A stretch of 35,685 bases of DNA from a bacterium (lineage in GTDB: Bacteria > UBP14 > UBA6098). Position numbers and translations under genes: made by a program. The stretch is taken from the NCBI GenBank assembly GCA_003645085.1, contig QNEE01000003.1, forward strand, positions 1 to 35,685. The letters run 5' to 3'. Of this stretch, positions 18,344 to 26,391 are shown in pieces; positions within the stretch are counted from its first letter, which is position 1; the number at the start of each line of letters is the position of its first letter. The notes beneath the pieces were generated by a model, which saw only the letters and a program-made list of their open reading frames with translations, did not search any database and was not told the origin of the DNA.

Positions 18344-18392
18344 GGAAACCCCGATTTTTCGGGATACGCTATCTCCGAATGAAAGGAGTATT

Positions 18393-18944
18393 ATGAATAG
18401 GACTGAAGCATTAGAACTAGTCAAATCGAACGTTAGTAAAGAAAACCTGATAAAACATATGCTTGCCACCGAGGCCGCGATGAAGGCTCTCGCAGAACGT
18501 CTCGGAGGCGACGTCGAAAAATGGGGCATGGCCGGGCTGTTGCACGACTTAGATTACGACCAAACCGAGCACGATTTCCCGAAGCATGGCCTTCTATCGG
18601 CCGAAATACTCGAAAGAAAAGGGGTCGACACGGAGATAGTCCGCGCTGTAAAAGCCCATCCGGCGCACGAGGGTTTTCTACCGGAGTCGCCTATGGATTG
18701 GGCTCTCTATTCGGTAGACAGCCTTACCGGCCTGATTATCGCCGCGGCATTAATGCACCCGGAGAAAAAACTGAAAGCCATTAATACCGACTTCGTTATG
18801 CGACGTTTCAAGGAAAAAAGGTTCGCGGCAGGCGCAAATCGCGACCAGATAAAGAAATGCTCCAAACTCGGCCTCGAATTAGAGGAATTCGTCGCCATAA
18901 CCCTCGAGGCGATGCAGTCCATTAGCGAATCCCTGGGATTATAA
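18393..18944 (+). CDS. HDIG/HD domain phosphohydrolase-like protein
   Basis: LIKHML, GLLHDLDY, H, AH, D.LTGLI, RFAAGANR; RBS AAGGAG. Confidence 0.88.
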   Translation: MNRTEALELVKSNVSKENLIKHMLATEAAMKALAERLGGDVEKWGMAGLLHDLDYDQTEHDFPKHGLLSAEILERKGVDTEIVRAVKAHPAHEGFLPESPMDWALYSVDSLTGLIIAAALMHPEKKLKAINTDFVMRRFKEKRFAAGANRDQIKKCSKLGLELEEFVAITLEAMQSISESLGL

Positions 18945-18946
18945 AC

Positions 18947-20215
18947 ATGAACGAAAACGGGGAAACTAAACACGCCGGCCGTATTTTGGCCTGGGGAATG
19001 TATGACTTCGCGAATACGATATATTCTATGAACGTCGTTTCTATCTATTTCCCCCTGTTGGTCGTTCTCAATCTGGGCTATCCCGACATATATGCCGGCG
19101 GCGCGAATAGTCTTTCTATGCTGATAGTTGCGCTTTCCGCACCGTTTCTCGGCCAATTGACAGATTCTACCGGCCGGAGAATGCCTTCGTTAATAGCCGC
19201 TACTATTATATGTTGCCTTTTTACGGCGGGAATCGGTTTCGCCGCCGGAGGGAAACTCCCCATATTAAGCGTGCTCGCTTTTTTTGTGGTCGCCAATGTC
19301 GGTTTTCAACTCGGTCTCGTATTCTATAACTCCCTCCTCCCTATTGTCGCCCCGAAAGGCCTTATTGGCCGAGTAAGCGGGATAGGTGTCGGACTCGGTT
19401 ATCTAGGCGCGATTGCCGGAATGATACTCGTTATGCCATTCAACGAGGGCGCGATATTCGGAATCGATATCCCGTGGGTTCACGCCGGAGGCCGTTCTGC
19501 GACGTTTTTGCCTACCGCGACGCTCTTTCTGCTGTTTTCGCTCCCCACTTTTATTGTCATCCGTGAGAGGAAACCCGCAACCCGAATCGAGCCTCGAGGC
19601 AGGCCGCTGCAAAGGATTATCGAAACCCTACGCGACTCGAAGAAATACCCCGGCATAAGGAGATTCCTTGTTGGCAAATTTCTATTTCAGGAAGGTATCG
19701 AAACGGCGATTATTTTTATGGCGGTATATTCGGAAAAGGCTATGGGAATGCCCGATTCCGCGAAAATACCGTTTTTTATTGTAGCGACTTTAGGTGCCGC
19801 TATCGGGTCGAACGTTTTCGGGCACCTCGTAGACAGGATAGGTCCCGGAAAAACGTTGAATATCGTCCTTGTCGGCTGGATTATTGCTCTTTTATTATTG
19901 CTCCCTATAACCGGTAGATTGCCGTTTTTCGGATTGGGAATCGTAATAGGTGCGCTTCTCGGCGGCGTTTGGACTGCCTCGAGGCCGCTCCTGCTGGAGC
20001 TTTCGCCTATCGAGGCTGTCGGCAGGTATTTTGGGCTTTATTCTCTATCCGGTAAGGCCGCCGCGATAACCGGGCCTTTAATATGGGGCGCGATAGTATG
20101 GGTTTTGAAGCCGTTGGGTGATTTTATAGCATACCGAAGCGCCGTAATCGTTTTGATAATCCTAATAGGTGCTGGTTGGCTCGTCATCAGGCCGCTATGG
20201 TCGGGAACAAAATAA
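18947..20215 (+). CDS. MFS transporter (UMF1/BtlA-like family)
   Basis: AWGMYDFANT, FYNSLLP, GRVSG.G.GLGYLG, G.YFGLY...GK.AAI.GP; about 12 TM segments. Confidence 0.88.
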   Translation: MNENGETKHAGRILAWGMYDFANTIYSMNVVSIYFPLLVVLNLGYPDIYAGGANSLSMLIVALSAPFLGQLTDSTGRRMPSLIAATIICCLFTAGIGFAAGGKLPILSVLAFFVVANVGFQLGLVFYNSLLPIVAPKGLIGRVSGIGVGLGYLGAIAGMILVMPFNEGAIFGIDIPWVHAGGRSATFLPTATLFLLFSLPTFIVIRERKPATRIEPRGRPLQRIIETLRDSKKYPGIRRFLVGKFLFQEGIETAIIFMAVYSEKAMGMPDSAKIPFFIVATLGAAIGSNVFGHLVDRIGPGKTLNIVLVGWIIALLLLLPITGRLPFFGLGIVIGALLGGVWTASRPLLLELSPIEAVGRYFGLYSLSGKAAAITGPLIWGAIVWVLKPLGDFIAYRSAVIVLIILIGAGWLVIRPLWSGTK

Positions 20216-20247
20216 AAACAGGCGCCGTTATATCAAAAGCGCCTGTT
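20214..20247 (-). terminator. Probable terminator between convergent genes
   Basis: AACAGGCGC...GCGCCTGTT stem with a U-tract on the minus strand. Confidence 0.55.
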
Positions 20248-20289
20248 CCCCTCCATCCTGCATTACACAGGTATCATTCGTTCGATGAA

Positions 20290-20814
20290 CTACTTGATAA
20301 GGACCATTTTGCCGTTAAAGCTCTTATTTCCAAACGTTATCCTGTAGAGATATGTCCCGCTGGGGAGGTTTCCGGACTCGAAATCGAGAACGTGTTTACC
20401 GGGGACGACATCTTTGTTTTCGCCGTAGACCATTCTTCCGCAAACATCATAAAAACGGGCTTTAAGCAGGCCGTTCTGCGGGATTTCTATGGAAAATCGA
20501 GTTATAGAGTTAAACGGATTCGGCGAGGGCAGGCCTACGCTGAACTCTCGGGGAACCTTGGCGTTGTCGTCCGGCTGCTCTTCGATAGCCACAATCGCGC
20601 CCATTATCGAACCGAGAAATCCCGCGCAATTGTCGTAGGCCCCGCCGGAACTCATACAGATTACCGCCTGTCCGATAGACGCCACATTGTCGTATGCACC
20701 TCCAGAGGTTCTCCCCCCTCCGTTGTCCTGCACATTATTTTTCTCCTCTACGGTGGCAAATAGGCACGATGCTGAAATTAAAACTAACATCATTATAAAA
20801 ACCAGAGCCTTCAT
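20290..20814 (-). CDS. Small secreted protein with T9SS type-A-like C-terminal domain
   Basis: Signal peptide; two SGGAYDN repeats with IGQ and AGF; PSPNPFN...YDVCGR...LPSGTYLY...KMVLIK; RBS GGAGG. Confidence 0.8.
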   Translation of the reverse strand: MKALVFIMMLVLISASCLFATVEEKNNVQDNGGGRTSGGAYDNVASIGQAVICMSSGGAYDNCAGFLGSIMGAIVAIEEQPDDNAKVPREFSVGLPSPNPFNSITRFSIEIPQNGLLKARFYDVCGRMVYGENKDVVPGKHVLDFESGNLPSGTYLYRITFGNKSFNGKMVLIK

Positions 20815-20982
20815 ATCGGCCTCCTATCGGTTCAGACTATTTTTTCACGCATAAAATATAATTATTCGATATGTTTATACAAGGACTTTTTATAACCGCA
20901 AATATCGACGTAAAATTGGGTCTTTTTTACTTTAGTGGGTCCTTCTGCCGTAGTATCCCGCAAGAATCCCTATTTATATGTA

Positions 20983-22998
20983 TCAATTACCTGGGTGAAG
21001 TTCCATAAGAAGGCTGTTGTTGCCGACAATCCAACCGTAATTCGAACCCATCAGGAATATATCGTTCAGGGTTTCTTCGGTGAATCCTTCGCTCTGGCGA
21101 TACCAGCTCTCGCCGCCATCGACGGTGTGCAATACATATCCGAATTTGCCGACTACCCAACCGACCTCGCTATTCTGGAAAGCAACAGATTTGAAAACGG
21201 ATTCGCAATAGGCTGGCATATCGAGCTGGGTCCAGTCCGCGCCGCCATCGGTCGTTTTAAGTATCGTGCCCATACTTCCGCAAGCGTAACCCGTATTGGA
21301 ATCGACCATATCTATATCCATTAAAGATTGTTCGGTTCCGCTCGGTAGGACATCCCACGTCGTCCCGCCATTAGTCGTCTTAAGAATAGTCCCGTGCTGA
21401 CCGACCACAAATGCTTTTCCAGTGTCGAAAACATCGAGGCCGAACAACTCCGCCGAGACACCCGCTTCTTGAGGCGACCAGGTTAATCCACCGTCCTCGG
21501 TTCGCAGGATAAGTCCTTCGTTGCCTATCGCCCAGCCGGTATTCTCATCTGCTAACTCGACTTTATTGAGTCTATATCCGTCGAGGCTATCGACCGCTGT
21601 CCAAAGTTCCCCACCGTTTTCAGTGTAAAGGATAGTCGCGAAAGTATCGACGGGGAGTTGAACGGAGAAACCGACTACCCAGCCTAGATTTTCATCTGCG
21701 AAATAAACGTCCTGGAACGTTTTATCCGTGTTAGCATCCTGATGAATCCACATCGCGCCGCCATCGGTAGTATGCGCGATACGGCCGGATTTACCTACCA
21801 CCCAACCCTCGCTCGAACTTACGAAATGAACCCCATACAGCGAAATACCGAGACCGTAACTTCGGAAACTCCAGGTTTCTCCTCCGTCGTGAGTAACTTT
21901 GATAGCTCCCGTCCCACGCGAAACATCGTCGCCGACAACCCACCCTTCGGTTTCATCGAAGAAACCGATATCTGTTATATCCCCGGTTATATCGACATCG
22001 ACAAGGCTCCATACGCTGCCCCCGTCGGTAGTCTTCGCTACTGTGCCCCCCGTCCCGATAGCCCATCCTATAGTGGCATCGGTAAACTCTATTTCCATTA
22101 AATCGCGTCCCGAACCGACATTAGCGAGACTCGCGGTAGATATCGAGGACTCTGCCACCGAAATAGTATATACGTAGCCTCCGTCACCAACCATAATCCC
22201 GTTCGTTTCGTCGAAGAAATACATATCGGCGAAATGCCCGACAAAAGGATACATTTCCCAGCTACCGCTATCTCCCCCATCCATCGAGCGGAAGAATAAT
22301 AGTGTATCGCCGCTGCCGACGGTGTCGCCAAGCAGGTAAATCAGGTCCTCGGTCGGGGCGTATCCGCCGTAGAATGTAATCTGGTCCTGAGTAACATAGA
22401 GAGTCGTATCATAGAACCAGGTAGTTACTCCGGAATCTACAACCGCGAGGGAATCGAAAAACTCACCGATGTAAAGGTCGATATATTCCCACGAATCGCC
22501 GCCGTTTTCGGAGCGAAGAAGAACCCCTTCGTTGCCGCAAATAAATAGAGGATTATCCTCTCCGGTCGCAGGGTATATTATGTCGTATAAATCCCCATCT
22601 CTGACGCCTGCTGGAAAAACATCCGACCAGTTTTCGCCGTTATCGGAAGATATATAAAGCATACCGCGTTCGCCGACCATAATACCCTTGCTAGAGGTAA
22701 AATAGAAATCGGTCGCTTTACGGCCTGTCTCGGGATTAAGGGTTTTGGTAACCCAGCCATGGCCGTCGTCCTCTGTGATGTATAGATGTTCGTTGTCTGC
22801 GCCGACAATCGCTTTTTCGTGTGCGAGAGGCCAAACCGCGCCGGGGTTTTCCAGTTCTTCGGTAGTAACGACGCTCCAATAACTGCCGTCCTGTAAAGCC
22901 TCCTCTTCTTCCTCTTTCGAACAACCGGAGAAAACGAACAACGAAGCCATAATTAATGTAAATAGTGCGACAGATTTAGTTCCGAGAATGCGACGCAT
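20983..22998 (-). CDS. Ycf48/BNR-repeat (beta-propeller) lipoprotein
   Basis: Lipobox FSGC; many 'GW.VG..G.I..T.DGG..W' repeats; RBS GGAGG. Confidence 0.88.
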   Translation of the reverse strand: MRRILGTKSVALFTLIMASLFVFSGCSKEEEEEALQDGSYWSVVTTEELENPGAVWPLAHEKAIVGADNEHLYITEDDGHGWVTKTLNPETGRKATDFYFTSSKGIMVGERGMLYISSDNGENWSDVFPAGVRDGDLYDIIYPATGEDNPLFICGNEGVLLRSENGGDSWEYIDLYIGEFFDSLAVVDSGVTTWFYDTTLYVTQDQITFYGGYAPTEDLIYLLGDTVGSGDTLLFFRSMDGGDSGSWEMYPFVGHFADMYFFDETNGIMVGDGGYVYTISVAESSISTASLANVGSGRDLMEIEFTDATIGWAIGTGGTVAKTTDGGSVWSLVDVDITGDITDIGFFDETEGWVVGDDVSRGTGAIKVTHDGGETWSFRSYGLGISLYGVHFVSSSEGWVVGKSGRIAHTTDGGAMWIHQDANTDKTFQDVYFADENLGWVVGFSVQLPVDTFATILYTENGGELWTAVDSLDGYRLNKVELADENTGWAIGNEGLILRTEDGGLTWSPQEAGVSAELFGLDVFDTGKAFVVGQHGTILKTTNGGTTWDVLPSGTEQSLMDIDMVDSNTGYACGSMGTILKTTDGGADWTQLDMPAYCESVFKSVAFQNSEVGWVVGKFGYVLHTVDGGESWYRQSEGFTEETLNDIFLMGSNYGWIVGNNSLLMELHPGN

Positions 22999-23048
22999 CG
23001 CGCCTCCTTATAAGTATTAAACGCTGTAGTTTTATAATAAATCTAATG

Positions 23049-23077
23049 AATATAAATCTGTTATATATTCGAGTCAA
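23049..23077 (-). promoter_or_regulatory. Putative sigma70 promoter
   Basis: TTGACT-17 bp-TATATT. Confidence 0.55.
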
Positions 23078-23136
23078 CCTTTTTTTCGTGATAATGAAGT
23101 TTAGATTAAATTCTGAAAACGGTCAAACCTTCTTTT

Positions 23137-23298
23137 ATGAACGGAGCCGCACGCGTTTTCGATTTGGGTTGCGGTTTGCCAAACTACAATCAATCGGAAA
23201 GCGGCGAGGAAGCCGATTACAAAGCTATCCTGAACGATTGGTTGATGGTAGGAAGAGATATTAAAAGCGCTACAAATCGATTCGCCGATGAGCAATAG
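23137..23298 (+). CDS. Small protein upstream of DUF2335, not in the ORF track; 5' end possibly frameshifted or truncated
   Basis: Hand translation (PSF)MNGAARVFDLGCGLPNYNQSESGEEADYKAILNDWLMVGRDIKSATNRFADEQ*; overlaps the DUF2335 start by 11 nt. Confidence 0.6.
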   Translation: MNGAARVFDLGCGLPNYNQSESGEEADYKAILNDWLMVGRDIKSATNRFADEQ

Positions 23299-23719
23299 AA
23301 GCAAAAAGAGCGATTCAAACCACCCGGCTAAGTTTAACAAGAAGCAAGGAGCTTATCTTCAGGCTTTATCGTCTTATAGCGGACCAATCCCTCATCCGGA
23401 TATTCTCGCTCACTACGATGAAATCTATCAGGGAGCCGCTAAAATAATAATAGATAGAGCCGAGAAACAGTTAGACCATAGAGTGGATATGGAGAAAAGC
23501 GTCGTTAAGTCGAATATCCTCAACGAGAAGCTCGGGATAATCTCGGCATTTCTGATAGCGCTTGCGTTTGGCTATATCGCTTATAGATGTGCGATAGCCG
23601 GACATGACTGGCCAGCTTCGATAATTGGTAAAACGGACGTTGTGGGCTTGGTTGCGACTTTTATCAATGGCGGGGGTCGAAATATCAAAGAGCTGTCGCA
23701 AAAAAGAAATGCCGAATAG
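23288..23719 (+). CDS. DUF2335 family membrane protein
   Basis: YSGPIPHPDILAHYD...GAAKII...AEKQ..HR motif followed by two TM helices. Confidence 0.85.
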   Translation: MSNRSKKSDSNHPAKFNKKQGAYLQALSSYSGPIPHPDILAHYDEIYQGAAKIIIDRAEKQLDHRVDMEKSVVKSNILNEKLGIISAFLIALAFGYIAYRCAIAGHDWPASIIGKTDVVGLVATFINGGGRNIKELSQKRNAE

Positions 23720-23740
23720 AAGCCCCGATAGGGGCTTTTC
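23720..23740 (+). terminator. Rho-independent terminator
   Basis: AAGCCCC-gata-GGGGCTTTTC directly after the stop codon. Confidence 0.7.
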
Positions 23741-23914
23741 AATTTCGAGGAGAAAGAAACCGCTTGACCTGGTTTGGGTTTTTGGGTAGGTTGGTTTCGA
23801 GATAGGTTGTTCATTAAAAACGCGAGGATTTTAGGTCGAAGTTCTCGGTTTGGTCTCGAAAAAATTGGATTTGGGGGCAAAACCGGGATTTAGACGGGAG
23901 TGCCGGGCTTTTAG

Positions 23915-24235
23915 ATGGCGTTCCCGAACACGGTGGAGTTCGCGAACTGGCTGCGCTCCGGGCTATATTACCCGGACGCGGATTCCCATGACGCACCAGT
24001 TACCGTAGGGGTGGCGAACATCGCGCAGGAGAACGCGACCAAGGTCTGGAACGAGGCGGTCAAGAATTTGCGTAATTTGCTGGTGAGGTTGCGCATCTCG
24101 CTTCCGATGCTCACGCTGGGGACGATTAGGTGCTGGACACGTTGAATTTGCGCGGCGATGTGCCTCTGCGCGACGCCGTTCAACGAGGCCGAGGAGGCGG
24201 GATTACCGACCGAGGAAGAAATTACCGTGAAGTAA
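23915..24235 (+). pseudogene. GC-rich orphan ORF with an internal in-frame TGA (probable gene remnant)
   Basis: Strong GC3 bias; after TGA 24143-24145 the frame continues ICAAMCLCATPFNEAEEAGLPTEEEITVK to TAA 24235; followed by a terminator. Confidence 0.4.
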
Positions 24236-24260
24236 CGCAGAATGTATAATGTAGAATTAG

Positions 24261-24282
24261 GGCGCGAGGACGCGCCTTTTTT
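24261..24282 (+). terminator. Rho-independent terminator
   Basis: GGCGCG-agga-CGCGCC-TTTTTT. Confidence 0.7.
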
Positions 24283-24288
24283 AATTTG

Positions 24289-24371
24289 CTCTCACCCTCG
24301 CCCCCTCTCTCGCCGAATGGGAAAGGAGGCTCCAAGTCCTTCTCTGCAGGGAGAATGGTTTAAGATGATGG
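24289..24371. repeat. Degenerate CCTCACCC/CCCTCTC-type palindromic element
   Basis: CTCACCC..GCCCCCTCTC...GGGAAAGGAG...CCTTCTC...GGGAGA..GG....GATGA layout. Confidence 0.5.
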
Positions 24372-24480
24372 CTAATCCATCGCACTTTGAAGGGCACGGT
24401 TCATTTTTCGGGTGCCCGCAGTCGCCCGTTTTTATCTCTGAACCCTCGAGCCCTTGAATCTTTTCTTTTTTATTCTTCTC

Positions 24481-24509
24481 TTGTAAATCCGGCTGAACAT
24501 AATTATAAT
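24481..24509 (+). promoter_or_regulatory. Putative sigma70 promoter for nuclease-deoC-rlmH
   Basis: TTGTAA-17 bp-TATAAT, 11 nt before the GTG at 24521. Confidence 0.55.
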
Positions 24510-24520
24510 TGGTCTTAACC

Positions 24521-25039
24521 GTGAAAAAACTAATAACAACCCTGATGATTTCGACGTTGTTTTTCAGCGCTTGCGACCGGGGAGCGGCGTCTCCCCCGCC
24601 ATCTAATAACAGTACCGACGAGACGATTACCTACCGCGTCATCGATGTCTATGACGGCGATACTATCGAGCTGGACGACGGCCAGACGGTGCGGCTAGTC
24701 GGTATAAATACGCCGGAGATGAACTATGGCGGAACACCCGAGCCGTGCGCGCAGGAGGCCACGGATTATACGACTGCGGTATCCCTATATAAGGATTGCT
24801 ACCTCGTTTATAATACCTCGGTCGGCGACTCGATAGACCCATACGACCGGACGCTGGCGTTTGTGCATATTTTGCCGGATAGCTTTTGTCTGAATATCGA
24901 GATAGTCCGTGCGGGCTGGAGCGAGGACTGGGATTATTATCCGGTCAGAAGCGATTACGAGGTTCTTTTCGAGGAGGCCGAGGCCGAGGCTATCGCCGCC
25001 GGTAGAGGTATATGGGACCCCGGCGAAAACTGCGACTGA
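24521..25039 (+). CDS. Thermonuclease (SNase) family lipoprotein
   Basis: Lipobox FSAC; VYDGDTI, VRLVGINTPE, D.YDRTLA, AE.EA....RGIW. Confidence 0.88.
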   Translation: MKKLITTLMISTLFFSACDRGAASPPPSNNSTDETITYRVIDVYDGDTIELDDGQTVRLVGINTPEMNYGGTPEPCAQEATDYTTAVSLYKDCYLVYNTSVGDSIDPYDRTLAFVHILPDSFCLNIEIVRAGWSEDWDYYPVRSDYEVLFEEAEAEAIAAGRGIWDPGENCD

Positions 25040-25049
25040 AGGAAATAAA

Positions 25050-25829
25050 ATGAACGACGAACGAATAAGAGCTATTCTCGACGAGGTTGCCGCCGAATTC
25101 GGGATGCCGAATGCGCCGGATGTCGATAATGATTGGGTTTTGACCGAAAGCGCCCGGCGGGTCCTTGTCGAAAACGTGAGCGAACCGCATTGTATCGCGC
25201 CCCTTATCGACCATACTCTACTAAAACCGAACGCGACCGAGAACGACATCCGCAGGATTTGCGAGGAAGCGATAGAATATCGTTTCGCAAGCGTCTGCGT
25301 AAACCCGTGCTGGGTATTATTCGCGGCGGAATCGCTCGGAAATTCGAATTCGATGGTTTGCACCGTCGTCGGTTTTCCGCTCGGAGCCAATACGACAGAA
25401 ATCAAGGCCGAGGAGGCTATCCGCGCGGTCGAGGACGGCGCGGACGAGCTGGATATGGTGATGAACATCGGCGCGGCAAAATCGGCCGAATGGGAGACCG
25501 TCTATGCCGATATCGCCAGCGTTGTCGATGCTGCTTTTCCCGTTCCTGTCAAGGTTATTCTCGAAACGGCGATTCTCATCGACGAGGAGATAATTCGCGC
25601 CTGCGCCATATCCGCAAGCGCGGGAGCGGCTTATGTTAAGACCAGCACCGGTTTCTCAAAAGGCGGCGCTACTGTCGAAGCGGTCGAGATTATGTCGAAA
25701 ACGGTCGGCGATAAACTCGGCGTCAAGGCGTCCGGCGGAATCGGCGATTTCGAGAAGGCTATGTCTATGATAAAGGCCGGAGCGACGAGAATCGGCGCGA
25801 GCCGGTCGTTAACAATAATAGGACTATGA
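25050..25829 (+). CDS. deoC: Deoxyribose-phosphate aldolase with N-terminal extension
   Basis: IDHTLLKP, VVGFPLG, ELDMV, VKVILET, VKTSTGF, VKASGGI, RIGAS; ATG at 25050 with RBS AAGGA. Confidence 0.95.
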   Translation: MNDERIRAILDEVAAEFGMPNAPDVDNDWVLTESARRVLVENVSEPHCIAPLIDHTLLKPNATENDIRRICEEAIEYRFASVCVNPCWVLFAAESLGNSNSMVCTVVGFPLGANTTEIKAEEAIRAVEDGADELDMVMNIGAAKSAEWETVYADIASVVDAAFPVPVKVILETAILIDEEIIRACAISASAGAAYVKTSTGFSKGGATVEAVEIMSKTVGDKLGVKASGGIGDFEKAMSMIKAGATRIGASRSLTIIGL

Positions 25830-26281
25830 AAATACGAGTTATACACGTTGGAAAAATATCTCCATTGTTAAAAGAAGCTATCGAACTCTACGAAAAACGG
25901 CTATCGAATTACGAAACGCTCGAAACAATCGAAGTCCGTCAGGTCAAGAAATTACCGCAGGATAAGACAGTCAAGAAAGAGGGCGCGAATATACTCGCGA
26001 TTCTCGACGATGAGGAGACGGTAGTCGCTCTGACCGAAGAGGGCCGCAGATTCAGTTCCATAGGTTTTGCGAAATGGCTCGCCGACGCCCGTATTGTGGG
26101 GCAGCAGGTATCTTTCGTTATCGGTGGCGCATTCGGACTGAGTAACGATGTTAAACTCCGGTCGGACCTCGCTCTCTCTATTTCTTCGATGACAACGCAG
26201 CACGATATCGCATTGCTGGTCTTGATGGAGCAACTCTACCGAGCATCGACTATACTGCGCGGCGAGGAATACCATAAATAG
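25826..26281 (+). CDS. rlmH: 23S rRNA (pseudouridine1915-N3)-methyltransferase
   Basis: MKI...VGK, FVIGGAFGL, S.MT..H, EQLYRA.TIL.G..YHK. Confidence 0.93.
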   Translation: MKIRVIHVGKISPLLKEAIELYEKRLSNYETLETIEVRQVKKLPQDKTVKKEGANILAILDDEETVVALTEEGRRFSSIGFAKWLADARIVGQQVSFVIGGAFGLSNDVKLRSDLALSISSMTTQHDIALLVLMEQLYRASTILRGEEYHK

Positions 26282-26337
26282 TTTTGAAGTTTCGCCGGAT
26301 TATTTCCGGCCGTAACCATATCGTTTAAGGAAAATCA

Positions 26338-26364
26338 GCCGGGGGGTCTTTACGACCCGTCGGC
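26338..26364. repeat. Intergenic hairpin (REP-like or terminator)
   Basis: GCCGGGGGGTC-tttac-GACCCGTCGGC. Confidence 0.4.
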
Positions 26365-26391
26365 AAAAGCTGTTTGTGAAAGGAAATTACC

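Noticed and set aside
20983-22998. Photosystem II function for the Ycf48-like protein
   Set aside because: These repeat propellers are widespread in non-phototrophs, and no photosynthesis genes are present.
24143-24175. Selenocysteine recoding of the TGA in the orphan ORF
   Set aside because: The hairpin loop is only about 12 nt from the TGA, closer than a typical bacterial SECIS. There is no CxxU motif, and pseudogenisation is the simpler explanation.
24909-25049. Longer ORF-track starts for deoC (24909), coaBC (17580), the FAD oxidoreductase (34501), DUF192 (33689) and PLDc_N (30294)
   Set aside because: They overlap upstream genes or promoters; downstream starts fit the RBS, signal peptide or family start better.
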